Source: Camelus dromedarius (taxonomy: Eukaryota). From it: a DNA stretch of 64,000 nt. The position numbers were made by a program, and so were the translations under genes. Of the stretch, positions 37,793 to 50,755 are shown piece by piece (position 1 is the stretch's first letter; each line of letters begins with the position of its first letter). Where the stretch lies: assembly GCF_036321535.1 (NCBI RefSeq), contig NC_087438.1, positions 7,318,001-7,382,000 on the forward strand, given 5' to 3'. Under the pieces are notes generated by a model. That model was not told the DNA's origin. It saw only the letters and a program-made list of their open reading frames with translations, and made no database searches.

Positions 37793-38439
37793 TACCTCCG
37801 TGTGGCAGGCGGCCAGAGGGAGTACCTTGGTGTGGCCGTGCCTACTGACATCATTTCAGTTTAGAGATCCCTGAAGAAGAGAGACTGTTCCCTAGCTTCA
37901 GTATGAAAAGCCCCTGGGAAGAACTCTGGTCTAGCTCCAGTCACATGACCAATGCTGGCCCAACCTCTGTGGCCGGGGGCACAGAGTACTTTACGTAAGC
38001 AATTACGAGTCGTGTGATTCCCGTGGGACCTGGGTCATGTGACAGCTGAAGGGCGGGAGATGAGCAGGCTGTGATTGGCAGCCCTTCCCACAGGATGAGA
38101 CCTTCTCTGAAGGAAAGGGAAAGGATGCTTGTGGACAAACAACGGATGTTCTGGCAGGAAGGGCCTGGATCAGATTGGTTTTGGAGATGACTGGGCAGGT
38201 GGCCATGTGAGGGCGGGGCCTGCTGCTTAAGAGCTGGTCAGGAGAAAGGGCACCTGCCCCGCCCCTGGGTAAGAATAACAACCCAAGCCAAGGTTTAGAA
38301 TGTTATTTGAAATTCAAAATAGATTGTCTCAAGAAGATGAATAGACTAATGAGCACTGCTTTGCTGCCAAACCGCTCCCCTCCCCTGGGGAGCCATGCAG
38401 CTGCTGTGCTGGTGAGAAGGCCCATCCTAGAGGTGTTTA

Positions 38440-38590
38440 GACCCGCATTTCTCTCACGGTAGTGGCCCCCAGAATCTCCCAGGAATCGAGTTAACATGCA
38501 GATTCTGATCCTGGAGGCCTGGAGCAGGGCCTGAGTGCCTGCTTTTCCATCAAGCTCCCAGGTGATGGTGATGCTCTGGTCCCTACCCCC
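38440..38590. mobile_element. MER5A-like hAT relic
   Basis: CAGAATCTCCCAGG...ATGCAGATTCTGAT...GGGCCTGAG...CAAGCTCCCAGGTGAT. Confidence 0.6.
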
Positions 38591-38959
38591 GAGTTAGACC
38601 CGTGAGGATTTAAAGCATAGAATCTTCGGGATGGAATGAGAGTTGGATGATGCTCAAGCTGGTTATTATGGGAACCACCAAGACGGCCAACTCATGGTTC
38701 ACTTCGGACAGGCGGAGTTGCCGTGCCCCAGCCAGGCAGGTGAATGGACCTTCTCTGCCTGCACCAGTCTCCTTCCCAGGCCACTCAGACCCACTCATGG
38801 AGAGCTGGAGAACCTGGGGAAAGCCAGTGGGGAAGGAGGGTTAGAGCCTCAGGAGGACCCCCTCAGGCACCCCTCAGGGGCAAGAGGTGGAGGGGCCGAT
38901 GAGCCTGAGCTGCTACCTGTCAATAGGATGGGTGGCCCAGTTCCCATACTTCCTGCTAT

Positions 38960-39416
38960 TGTGGGGTGAAGAATGACCCCCAGAGAGATCAGCTTTAAAC
39001 CCTGGAAACTGTAAACGTGACTCTGACTGTATAAAGCTGTCTTTGCAGATGCAATTAAATTAAGGATCTTGAGGGGGGAAGATTAGCCTAGATTATCCAG
39101 GTGGGCCCTACATGCCATCACATGCATTTTTAGAAGAGGAAAGTAGAGGGAGGTTTGACGTGGAGGAGGAAAAGGTGATGTGACCACAGAGGCAGAGATC
39201 AGAATGATGCAGCCACAAACCAAGGAATGTGGGCTGCCTCCTGAAGCTGGAGGAGGCAAGGACAGGCTCTCTCTCAGAGACTTCAGATAGAGTTCCTCCC
39301 CCTGACACTTCATTTCAGACTTCTGGCTTCTCCAGAATGGGGAGAGAATATATTTCTGTTGTTTTAAGCCACCCAGTTTGTGGTACTTGTTGCAGTGGCC
39401 ACAGGAGGTGAATGCA
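38960..39416 (+). mobile_element. MLT1D-like solo LTR
   Basis: ATTAAATTAAGGATCTTGAG...GATTATCCAGGTGGGCCC...GTTTTAAGCCACCCAGTTTGTGGTACTTGTT. Confidence 0.85.
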
Positions 39417-40067
39417 CCCTCCCTGGGGCTGGTGAAGACCCCCCTCCTCTCCATCACTGTCTCTCCCGAGCCGAGGCTCACCTTCATGCTTTTGGGTGTC
39501 CTGACCTGTTGACAACCAGGGTGTCCACATGGGGCAGCCAAGGCTCAAGGCGTGGAGAATGTTCAGGGGATGAGCTGCAGGTGGTCCAGGCAGCTGGAAG
39601 TGAAAAGACTGTGCAGGAAGCTGACCCCAGCCCCCAAAGAATGATATCTGTGCCGGGAAGATGGCTTGACTCCCTCTGGCTCCCACTCAGCCTCTGGCCA
39701 GACTGAGCACACCCGTCCTTCCCTCCCTAACCCCCTCCGCCCCACTCGCCTAGACCCTAACCTCCTTCACGGTGTGGCCTCAGCCCACTGCATCCCCATG
39801 ATTCCCATGCAGTCTGTGATGGGCAGGGCCATGGATGTCCCTCCCCCTCCGGGGTCTTTATTAGGATTTAACCCAGCTGCTCCATGGCCTTACAGCCTTT
39901 CCTTCTGATTCTCAAGAGCTTGGTGTGTGAATTAAAAACCCTACCTGTTCTTGCCTTTGGGATTCCAATGGCTAATGGAAGGCAACAGAAGTAAAAACAG
40001 GACCCAATGGGAAGATCGGGTGAACGAGTCTAATTAACACCATCCCAGAAGCAACTGTGACAAAGGT

Positions 40068-40526
40068 GGTATTATGGGGTGAGTTGTATCTCCCCCAAAA
40101 AGAATATGTTGAAGTCTTAACCTCCAGTACCTCAAAACATGACCTTATTTGGAATTTGGGTCGTTGCAGATGCAAGCAGCTGAGCGACGGTGCTACTGAA
40201 GTCAGGTGAGCCCTCATTCAGCATGACTGGTGTCCTTTATAAGGAGACGGCCATGTGAAGACAGAGACACAGGGAGAACACCATGTGACGTTGGAAACAG
40301 AGGTCACAGTGATGCAGCTGTAGGCCAGGAAATGCCAAAGGCAGCTGGTCAACCACCAGAAGCCAGGAGGAGGCAAGGAAGGGTTCTAACTGGATCTCAG
40401 GGGGAGCACACCCTGCCAACACCTGGATCTCGGACTCCCAGCCTCCAGGACTGTGACGGCGCCTTTCTGTTGTTTAAGCCCCCATTCTGTGGTACTTTGT
40501 CATGGCGGCCAGAGGAGAGGAACACA
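40068..40526 (+). mobile_element. MLT1B/C-like solo LTR
   Basis: AGTCTTAACCTCCAGTACCTC...GGCCATGTGAAGACAGAGACACAGGGAG...TGTTGTTTAAGCC. Confidence 0.85.
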
Positions 40527-40719
40527 GCTGTGTCTGGTCCCTTCTTCTGCCTGGCCCTCTGCCACCTGCCGTGGCCCGGCCCCCCTGGGTGGTGACCCTA
40601 TTTTCCTCCTCGACACCAGCAACACCCTCCCTGTCCTGTGTCTGAAACTGGAAATGGGGTGAAGGTAAAATTTGACAAAGGGAACATGATGAGGAAACTG
40701 CTTTTTTGACAGAACCACT

Positions 40720-41775
40720 GTTTTTTGGTGATGCTTTTGATTTTATTATTTTATTTTATTGAGGTACAGTGGATTTACGATCTTACAGTTTCAGGTGTAT
40801 GACATAGTGATTCACAATTTTTAAAGGTTATGCTCCATTTATAGTTATCATAAAATACTGGCCTTTTCCCTGTGCTGTGCAATATATCCTTGTAGCTTAT
40901 TTAGTTTATACATAATAGTTTGTACTTCTTAATCCCCTTCCCCTTCCTGCCCCTCCCCCCTTTCCTCTCCCCAGTGGTAACCACTAGTTTGTTCTCTATA
41001 TCTGTGAGTCAGTTTCTTGTTATATTCACTAGTTTTACTTTTTAGAGTCCACATATAAGTGATATCATACAGTATTTGTCTTTCTCTGTCTGATTTATGT
41101 CACTAAGCATAATACCCTCCAGGTCCATCCACGTTGCTGTAAATGGCAAAATTTCATCCTTTTTTATGGCTGAGTAGTATTCCATTGTACATGTATACCA
41201 CATCTTTACCCATTCATCTACTGGTGGACATTTAGGATTCTTCCATATCTTGGTTATTGTAAATAATGCTGCTATAAACACTGGGGTGCATGTATCTTTT
41301 GAAATTAGTGTTTTTGGTTTTTTTAGATAAATACCCAAGAGTGGAATTGCTGGTTCATACGGTAGTTCTGTTTTTAGTTTTTTGAGGACCCTCCATACTG
41401 TTTTCCACAGTGGCTGCACCAATTTACATTCCCACCTACAGTGTACAAGGGTTCCCTTTCTCCACATCCTCACCAGCATTTGCTATTTGTGGTCTTTTTG
41501 ATGATGGCCATTCTGACAGGTGTGAGGTGACACCTCATTGCGGTTTTGATTTGCATTTCTCTGAGGACTGGTGATGTTGAGCATCTTTTCATGTGCCTGG
41601 TGGCCATCTGTATATCTCCTTTGGGAGAAATGTCTATTCAGTTCTTCTGCTCATTTTTTAATTAGGTTGATTTTTTTTTTTTTTTGGTGTTGAGTTGTAT
41701 GAGCTGTTTATGTATGCTGAATATTAACTCCTTACTGGTCATATCATTTGCTTATATTTTCTCCTATCCAGTAGG
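40720..41775 (-). mobile_element. 5'-truncated, relatively young LINE-1 with a perfect 15-bp TSD
   Basis: Minus-strand ORF 41042-41479 reads like the L1 ORF2 C-terminus ([13 protein letters not shown]...PAIPLLGIY...WMDLEGIMLS); TTTGACAGAACCACT at 40705-40719 and 41776-41790; T-rich tail at left. Confidence 0.93.
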
Positions 41776-41859
41776 TTTGACAGAACCACTTTTGAGACGC
41801 TCCAGGCTTTTCCCAATGCTGCTGCCTTACGTAAACCTGTCTTGGGACTTTCCTAAGGA

Positions 41860-42210
41860 GTTGCCTTTAGACCCACATGACAATGCACACAAAGAAACCA
41901 AGAATGTCACATTGTGGCCACAGTTTGGATTTGCTTCCTAAAATGGAACTGAGTTTGGTCACCACCTCAATCACTTGACTTGATTCTGATGAATTTTTTA
42001 CCATTTCCAAAAATCAACTCCAGGCTGGAAAGGTGGAGGCTGACCTTTAAGAAAACATTTAAAAAGTGGTCACGTTCCCCTGGCGGCTCACGTCAGGGCC
42101 CCCACTTCACTGGTCAGCTTTGTGACACAGCAGCTTGTGGCTCAGACACAGAGGAAACAGCATTTCCTCTGGGGTAACGCCTCTGTCTTATTTTATGATC
42201 TCGCCACGAG
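41860..42210 (+). mobile_element. Mariner-like (MARNA-type) relic
   Basis: Translates as PPQSLDLILMNFLPFPKINSRLERWR, resembling the mariner transposase motif PPYSPDLAPxDFxLFPKLK. Confidence 0.55.
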
Positions 42211-44517
42211 GCTGAAAGTAGCCTATCCCGAGAGAGGCCAGGGAAGTTTCATTCCCTGGGATGGGCTAAATTCTCAATTATTCTTCCAACAGGAATGATC
42301 CAAAATTCCCCGCTGAGCCTCTCCCTCGCTGTGTTTCTGGAGGCCCCTCACCTCCAGGTGTCCTGTTATCTGATCTTTTTCACCAAAGAGTCAGAGAAAA
42401 ATGCACCTTGTGTCTGTCTTATTTTTATATCTTACTAATCCCTCGTTCTACTCCTTTCTTTCCTACCTTTTCATGTTTTGTTTGGTTTGGTGCCTGAATT
42501 AAATGTAATAGGAGAGGGACATTTTACACACTACCCGCAGTCATAATTATCAGAGAAATAAACGGTCTTTACTGAGATCATCAAATGGTGGGAAGAAGAC
42601 ATTTGGACAGCAGCCAAGCACAAGTTCCTAGAACTTCTCGCATTAAGTCGCTGTGGGGGTCCTGGGCTCTGCCCTTGTGCTCTCCAGACCTCACCTCCCA
42701 TCAGCCAATAAAGGCTTCGGGTTGGAGCAGAGAGTCTCAAACTTGAATATGCACTTGACTCGCCTGGGCCTGGTTAAAATGCATCCAGCTTTGTAGGTCC
42801 TGGGCAGGACCTGAGGTTCTGGAAGTCTGATCAGCTCCCAGGTGACGAATGTCCAAGGATGTTTGTACCTTTTGGGAAGTACTTCCTGTTTCCTTTCCAG
42901 TTTCCAAGTCTCTGCAAGTGGGAAACATGGCTTAATATTGATAAGGACAAGCCTGGGGCACTAATGATCTGATTTCCAGCTGCAGAAAAAAAACATATCG
43001 TCATATAATGATGACACAGGTGTCTAGTCCCTTATCCACAATTCTGAAATCCAAAAAGCCTGAGAAAGACACTTTTTGGTGAGTTTGGAGACAAAACCCA
43101 TATCTGGCAGCAAAACTGATCTGAACCAGTGCAGGGCAGTGTATCCCCCGTGGTGTGAGTAGCAACACCGTGTTTATCGTAAGGCACGACCTCAGGCTGC
43201 TGGGGGTGGTGCATGATACTCAGGATGTGCCCCATCTGCCTAAGGCCCCCCCAGATTGAATGCCCAAACCCAAAGAATGCTGTTGGATGAGGAATTGTGC
43301 AAGTTTACCAGCAGACAGTGACTGAGCACCGTGCTCAGTGCTTTATGTATACTAGCTCATCCAATCCTCACCATCTACAAAATGGAGACCTTTCTTTTCA
43401 CCTTTGGCAAACTATTTTAAAATTAAAGTATAACGTATGCCCAGAAAAGCCCACACGTCAAGCACACAGCTGGGAGAATGATTACCAAGTGAGCAATGCC
43501 TGTGAGCACCGCTCAGCTCCACCCATCACCTGCCCCCCAGAGGCCCTCACTCCCCACCCCAGTCACAGCCCCCCAAAGGGGACCGCTATCTGTCCATCAC
43601 CAAAGAATTTTTTGCCGAGTTAAAAAAATGCTGACATTTATTGAGCAATTACTATGAGCCAGGAGCAATACTTACACTATTCTGCATACTGATTCTATCG
43701 GAATGGGAGTAACTCTTATAATTTCATTTTACAAGTGAAAAGAAATCGAGCTTAGAGATGTTTGGCCCTAAATCACTGTGCTCGTACTTAATAGGACAGG
43801 GTACATTTTTCTTAATTAAACCTTCCAATGAGCACAATATACCTATAAAACAAGTGCACGTCTCAGAAAAAGTGCATTTCTTGTAAATCCAGCTCAGTGA
43901 ATTTCACAAACTGACCACATTAGCAACCAGCACTGAGATGGAGAAACAGAACATTATCAACAGCAGAGGAACGGCTCCCCTAGTCCCATGGGCCACTGGT
44001 TCCCCGCCCAAGGGTAACCGCCTGCCTGACCCTGACATTCTCATCTGGTTTTGAAATGCAAGTAAACAGAACGAAACTCTGTTCTCTTTGGTGTCTGACT
44101 TTTCCGGCTGACATGACAGTCGCTAGGTCCGTCTGTATTGCTATGTGAGGCTGGCGTGTGCTCCTTTCCACTGCCTCGTGAAATTCCTCCGAGGGGCCCA
44201 CCAGCATTTAGCCACCAGCCCCCCTGCTGGTGGGACCTGGGACAGTCACCGGTCTTGGCAATTAGCAACAGCGCTGCTCTGTAAATCCCGGCACCTGCGT
44301 TCGGTGAACACACACACATTCCTCTTCAGCGTGTGTCTTGGAGTGAATTTAGGGATCAGAGAGTCTCTATTTGGCTTTGTAAAAAATTTTGAACAGTTTT
44401 CCAAAATGGTACCAAGTGATGCTTTAAACCCCTACGTTACCGTTTCGGAGGTTACACCCACTGAAAGCAAACCTGATACATTAAGGTACAGGTTTTAACA
44501 AAAATAATTGAAATGGA

Positions 44518-44915
44518 GTGTTTTGGGTTGAATTATGTTCCCGGCCACCCTGAGGATTCATATGTTGAAATCCTAACCCCTAGAACCCCAGAATGTGACA
44601 ATGTCAGTAGGGTCATTGCAGACGTGGTTAGTTAACCTAAGTTCATACCGGATACAGTGGGTCTTAATAAGTACGACTGGTGCCCTTGGACAAAGTGGAA
44701 ACGTGGACACAGACGCGCAGACAGGGAGAGCGCCACACGAAGGTTGGGCTGACACGCCCACAAGCCAAAGAAGGCCAGAGATGGCCAGTAAAGCCCCGAA
44801 GCCAGAGGGGAAGGTGGACCACACTCTCGCCCATGCCCTCGGAAGGAATCAACCCTGCTGGCCCCAGCCACTCGGTTAATGGTGCTTTGTCACTGCCGCC
44901 CCAGCAAACTAGTAC
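44518..44915 (+). mobile_element. MLT1A/B-like solo LTR
   Basis: TGTTTTGGGTTGAATTATGTTCCC...ATATGTTGAAATCCTAACCCC...GGAAGGAATCAACCCTGCTG. Confidence 0.8.
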
Positions 44916-45572
44916 GTGGAGTGATTATTCAATTTGAGAAAGATGCCGGCTTGCTAAGGAATGCTCATCACAGCATCCTGGAGGTAGCCTGATTAGCCAT
45001 TGTGCTCGCAGTACACTTTGCCTTTGATTCAGGAAGCCATGGAATGCATAATTTGTTATTTTTCTGAATAACTGAAGTGAAGTTAAAATGTGACTAGGAT
45101 GATAATAAAGGGGGGTGATTCTGGTCAGCAAACCTCGATATACGTGGCCCGGGCTGATAAGTGGGCGTCCACCCACTGGGTCAGGTTCTGGGAATGGCAG
45201 GTGGGTGTGCCTGGCCTTTCAAGGTGTTTATCTTCCAGGCCGCCGCCTCCCTGTCACCGCGCGGCACAGACTACCGCGGAGGGTGGGACAAACCACGTTC
45301 AAGGGCAGTTAGGCCTCGACTGGTAGCCTGAAGAACCGTGTTTTCTGCTGGTGGAGAGCTTGGCTGCCCAGAAGCCTCCGGGCATCCGGACCCCAAGGGG
45401 ACTTCTCCGGAAGGTTGAGAGGAGGCGGGGTCTCCCCTGGAGTCTGCGCTCACATCCTCCAGCTGGAAGCATAGACTGAGGATGCTGTCTGTCTTCGTAG
45501 GAGCACACGGCCCAGCACCGGGCTGAAAATAGAGCATTTTCTTAAAATTACACGAAGCTTTGATTACAGACC

Positions 45573-45995
45573 ATGTTAGCTTCCCCGGGGCTGCCGCAAC
45601 AGTGCCACAGGCTGGGGGCCTTAAAACAGCAGTATTTGATTCTGGCAGAGTTCTGGAGGCGAGAAGCCGCAAACCGACAGAGCCACGCTCTCGGGAAGGC
45701 GCCTCCCTTCCCTCTTCGAACACTGGGGGCGCCAGCGGTCCTTCGTGTTCTTGATTTAAGCCACATCACTCCAATCTCTGCCTCTGTTTTTACAAGGCCT
45801 CCTCTTGCGTCTGTGTCTCTACGTCCAGATTTTTCTCTTTTCATGAGGACAGTCATTTTAGAGTCAGGTCTCACCCTCCTCCAGGATGACCTCATCTCAG
45901 CTTAATTCCATCTGCAAAAACCGTATTTCCTAATAACATCCTGCTCAAGGTTCTGGGTAGGCATGGATTTGGGGGAGACACCATTCAACCCTGTA
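45573..45995 (-). mobile_element. MLT1C-like solo LTR
   Basis: GGGCTGCCGCAACAGTGCCACAGGCTGGGGGCCTTAAAACAGC...CATCTGCAAAAACCGTATTTCC. Confidence 0.8.
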
Positions 45996-47299
45996 TGTTG
46001 CAAAGCAAATTTTCTGCTCAATAAAATTTGGTATATTTAAGAATCTCTTGCTCCACTGCCTTGAACTTGGATAGTTTTGAAATTCCAAGAACATCTGTGT
46101 ATTGGAGTGATGGCTTTACATTAGTGGCTTTACATGGTGTAAGTTGATTTCTAACTCATGCGAAGCTCAGAATGAGTGACCCTGGTGAGCAGAGGGTGTC
46201 CGCCTGAGCAGGCTGTGGGGATCCAAGTTCCTTCCCCGTCCACATAGGGTTCCAAGGTCCCTGTGTTTATCTGCTTCAGGCCGCAGAGGGAGGGGCATGG
46301 GGGGGCAGTTTTCCTGGGCCAGGCCTGGGCGTGTTGCCCACCCCGTCCATGCACATCCTGTGGGCACAGGCCGCACTGAGGAGCACAGGAAGCACAGGAA
46401 GGGCGGCGCGGCCGTGGGCCGGGAGGGAGGGGCAGGGCTGGCAGAGACAACAGCTGGACGGGCAATTCAAGACGGCACCCGGGGGCCAGCTCCTCCCGAG
46501 TGGAGCTTTCCTTTAGCATCTTCCCTCGTTCTTCTCTCCACCTTGCTAAGCCCTGGATAGTCTCTATTAAGAGGTTCAAGTCTCCCTAGCCTTTAGTACC
46601 AGCCCCTTTGACACCAAGATGCAAACAGCAAAGGATCATCTCCTGTGTAAAGGGGGCTCCGAATGGATAAAAGCCTAAAGGAACGTGTTCTTGGATGTTG
46701 CCCAAGTGAATCCAGGTGGCCCAGGCCGGCAGGCACACGTGGGCCTGGAGATGAGCTTCACGTTCCTGCAGGTGCCCACCGGGAGCGCCAGGACCCTGCA
46801 TCTCGGGACTGGGGTCTGGCGGGGAGAGGCCAGTGCTGAGAGAGCCGGGGCCCAGGTAACCCAGAGGGAGCACTCAGGACCTCACCTGGCAGAGGTGCTT
46901 TGGTTAAACTCTCTCTCAGTTGCCTCACTGGTGGTTTTCAAACAGCCACGCGAGGCTGAGTTGAAGCCAGCTTTTAAACACGAAACAAAGCAGAACCGAA
47001 TAGAAAAATACTCGGTGGGCTGCTCTGAACACAGAATGAGAAAGCATCACTTCAGGAAACTTTCATACATATCTGTTCCGGGTTGTGATGTAAAACAGTC
47101 CTTACCAAGGGTTGCAATCAAAACTATTTGCAAGCCCCAGGTCTGTGTAGGAGAATTTGAAAGGAGGTGATGAAAACACACCAGGGAGGTGATAACCACT
47201 GTCTAGGTTGCAGAAACGCTTTTGCAGCCTGGCAGGAGGGATGTGGGATGTGGAGGAGGAGCCTGGCCTGGTTCGAACTGTGGCCGGACCCTTCCCCCA

Positions 47300-47570
47300 G
47301 GAGGGATTCACGAGGATTGCTTCATTTCCATGAGCCTCCATTTTCTCATCTGTAAAATGGGCTAAATAACCATCTGGATGCGGAGGGGGGTGGTAAGTGA
47401 AACGACTACTCACATTTATTGAGCACTTTCCAACCCTTGTTCTGAGCATCTTACGTGCATAACATCCGCCCTTCTTTACAATAGCCCTGTGACTAAGGAC
47501 AGGCACCATGAGGTTTACTTGTACAGACAAGGACACTGAGGCACAGAGACCAACTAACTTCCCCAAGTGA
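47300..47570. mobile_element. Two MIR fragments in opposite orientation
   Basis: GAGCCTCCATTTTCTCATCTGTAAAATGGG (+), then ACATTTATTGAGCAC...ACTGAGGCACAGAGA (-). Confidence 0.7.
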
Positions 47571-49357
47571 GTTGCCGTACACGAAAACGCCTGCTACAGT
47601 GCTTGGCACAATGTTAGGAACACGTTCCAATTTCCTTACTGTTAATTTTGTTTTAAATGCTTTAAAAGATCCTTAAATAGAGGGAGATGGACAAGCTCGT
47701 GGAAGGCAGTGTGAGATGCTGGCCAGAAACTTCCAGAAAGTGGAGGTGCGAGGTTAGACCCCGTGGGAGGGCCTCTGAAACAACGGCTGCCGGGGCAGGA
47801 GGGCTGGGTCCCTGCCGCCCCGTGGGGAAGCTGACTTTTCAGCATCAGAAGGACCAGGGGGAGAACTGGGAGGAGGGGCCCTCCCCTCTGGCCCTTAGAA
47901 GACTCAGCAGTGGCCCCTAGAAGGAAGGTAATGATGCCAGTAAGTGGTTTATTGCAGATTGTTAAAGCTTACAGACCCAGGAACTCCCAGCCCTACTCCC
48001 TACCCATCACCTGAAATCAGCACTGCCTCTAAGAAAAATCTTGCAATCCAAATGCAGCTTCAGAGGGCCCTGCCTCCCCGCCGCCACCACCTGCAGGGGA
48101 CAGGAGAGTTGAGTCCCTCCATGGGCATTAGATAAGTAATTAGCCCAAACTGCAAGACTCAATTACGTCTTTGTTTTTCAGAAACTGTAAACAGAGAGTG
48201 AACAGAGGGTTGCATCACACTGCCCCAGGGGCACCGAGACATTTGCTCTGAAAACAAAAACAGGGTCCTATTAAGTCAGAGTGGAAGTGCTTCATCCACG
48301 ATTCTGGAAGGAACCTCACCCAGTGAGATGTTTCCACTCCAAGCGGCCTCTCCTTGGCCTGTTCCAACATTGACTTGTTCCAAATCGTCTTTCTATATCC
48401 TCTTTATTACATAAAGTACTTCATGCCTGTTTCAACATAGCTGTTTTTATGGAAACCATGACTTGGTTTGGTTTCATCAATAAAACACAATCATTTACCC
48501 TTTGCACAGTGCCCAGCACACTACTGGGCATGAAATGAATGTGGGATAAAAAGATCACTTTAATGATATACATAAAATATAATAATGAAAATAATAAGAT
48601 CGGAGCTACCTTGTTGGAGAACTTTCTTCTGTCTCCCGTCACACTGGTGGAGACACCCCAGTGGGTACGCCTGTCTTGAGAGGGCTGCCTCCCCAGTTGA
48701 CCTGGAAATGGTATCGCTGTGAAAATTACAGTCTGGTCCTCAGGGCAGGTGGAGGCAGAGGCTGGGTCTGGGGAGGAGAAATCAAAGAGCCCCCCGTGTG
48801 CACCTGGAGCCCGCATCCCAGAAGAGGGGTGCTCCGAGGTGCTGGGCCTGAGGCCCCGCGTCCTCTCCCCACCCCGACTCGAGCAGGTGTACTCCCAGCC
48901 TGGGTGCCCGGATGGACTGGCTGCAGAGGCCCAAAGGCACCAGACCTCGTGGGCGGTTTAGGGGCCTGGGCTCCCCAGAATGTGGGGTGGCAGTGGGCAC
49001 TCTCGTCTCTGAGGGGAGCACGCAGGCTCCACGGGGCAGATCAGAGGGGTCCAGGCTGGTGAAGACTGCAGGGACACAAGGTCTCCCTGACTGCTCACTG
49101 GGGTGACACCCCGTCCTGGCTGTGACCATCAGCCTCCTCTACCCTCAGATGGGGCAGAGCCTGAGCAGAAGGAGCTCTTCCCGCCACCCTGCGTCCCTAG
49201 GTGACGCAGTCCCTGTGCCTGGACTGGGTGGCTCCCCACGTCCTCGGGAAGTGCTGCTCAAAGCCAGTGCCTTAGAGCCTCGGGGAGCGAGATAAGAACA
49301 GAGGACGAGGCTGCGGGGCCACGGGATACCTGAGGACTTTTCATCCATTTCAGAGCT

Positions 49358-49743
49358 GCATCAGCTCACTCGGGCCGCTGTAACAGAATTCCACAGACCG
49401 GGGGGCTTAAACAGCAGATTTTTGTTTCTCACAGTCTGGAGACTGGATGTCCAAGATCAAGGTGTTGGCGGGGTGGTGTTCCCTGAGGCCTTCCTCTTTG
49501 ACTTGCAGGCGGCCACCTTCTCTCTGTGTGTCCTCACATGGTCTTTCCTCTGCATGTGCCCCTCTGATGTCTCTTCTTCTTCTGATAAAGACACAAGTCA
49601 AGCTGGATTAGGGCCCCGCCCTTATGATCTCACTTAACCGTAATGACCTTATGACCTGAAAGGCCCCACCTCCAGATGCGGTCACACTGGGGGCTGGGGC
49701 TTCCACACATGAATTTTGGAGACACACACTTCAGTCCATAACA
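49358..49743 (-). mobile_element. MLT1A-like solo LTR
   Basis: GCTGTAACAGAATTCCACAGAC...TCTCACAGTCTGGAGACTGG...CTTCAGTCCATAACA. Confidence 0.85.
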
Positions 49744-50152
49744 AGAGGAAAATAGCTTCCAAGTGGCTCATCAAGGCTGTGTTTTGGGTAGAATGTCTGA
49801 ACTCTTGTTGCTTGCTACCCGGCGCATGAAGTGTTGTCACAATCCATTTAAATAAGGAGGTGCGGAAGGAACACATCTGTCACCAGGTGGAGCCTCAAGA
49901 CAGCTTCACTCCCGGCACTGCCGCTTTACCAGATCAGCCCCCGCCTCGCCCTGGGCTGGCCAGAGCTCGCGGCTTGCGTGCCACGCCCGATGCCCCAGGA
50001 GCTCACTGCCATGCCCAGGTGTGGGCCATCCGCCCCGTCTTACCCCGTCTCTGACAGCACCCCCCAACCTTTCCCCTCCATTCTTTCATGTGGATAATTC
50101 TCATGTAAAGTGCTCTGCAAACTCAGTTTCTAACTTATTCTAAAGAGACCAC

Positions 50153-50755
50153 TGTGTTGTGGGGTGGTCCCCAAGTCCACCCTGAGGTTCAATATTCACT
50201 AGAAGGACTCACAGAACTCAGAAGAGCTATCGTATTTATGCTTGTGGTTTATAGCAGCGAATTCAGATTAGAAGTAGCAAAGGGAAAAGGCACATGGGAC
50301 AGAATCCAGGAGCGAGCAGGACAAGCAAGCAGCCGTCCTCTCCCTGGGACTGGCAGACACAGCGCTTAATTCTCCCAGCAGTGCAGTGTGACAACTCACC
50401 AAGTGCTGTCAATCAGAGAACCTCACCCGAGCCTTAGGGTCTAGGGCTTTTGCTGGGCTCAGTCACAGGGCCATGCTGTGCTCCATGAGCAACCACAGCT
50501 ACTCAAACCCCAGCCCTCCAGAAGTCAAAATGACACGGCGTAGCCCACAGCCTCAGGCATAAAATAACAGGTGCTCACTGCAAGTCCCATTGTTAACATA
50601 AATTATTTGGTGCGGCCCAGGGCCTCAGACGTGCAAAGGCACTGTTAGCAGGAAGGATGGTCCAAGGGCTCAGAGCTCATCTCCCAGGAGCCAACCAAGA
50701 ACCATGTGTGGGGTTTGGGCAAGTTGAGTCTGCTGAGTTACTCCTTCATGGCACA
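50153..50755 (-). mobile_element. MER21-like LTR
   Basis: GTCCCCAAGTCCACCCTGAGGTTC...CACTAGAAGGACTCACAGAACTCAG...CTGCTGAGTTA...GCACA. Confidence 0.75.

Larger units (their letters stand above)
36267..38156 (-). mobile_element. Old MLT1 (J/K-like) LTR split by nested MER2 and ERV1 LTR
   Basis: Begins TGTAAGTTAGG...TTGCAAAGGACAGAAACCAAATTCAAAC, resumes after 37795 and ends GATGTTCTGGCA; near-identical 5-bp flanks GGATG / GGAAG. Confidence 0.6.

Noticed and set aside
38960..40526. Two same-strand MLT1 LTRs as the ends of one provirus
   Set aside because: They look like different subfamilies, are only ~650 bp apart, and have no recognisable internal MaLR sequence
41042..41479. 145-aa ORF as a host gene
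   Set aside because: It is the C-terminus of L1 ORF2 in a 5'-truncated copy with no promoter
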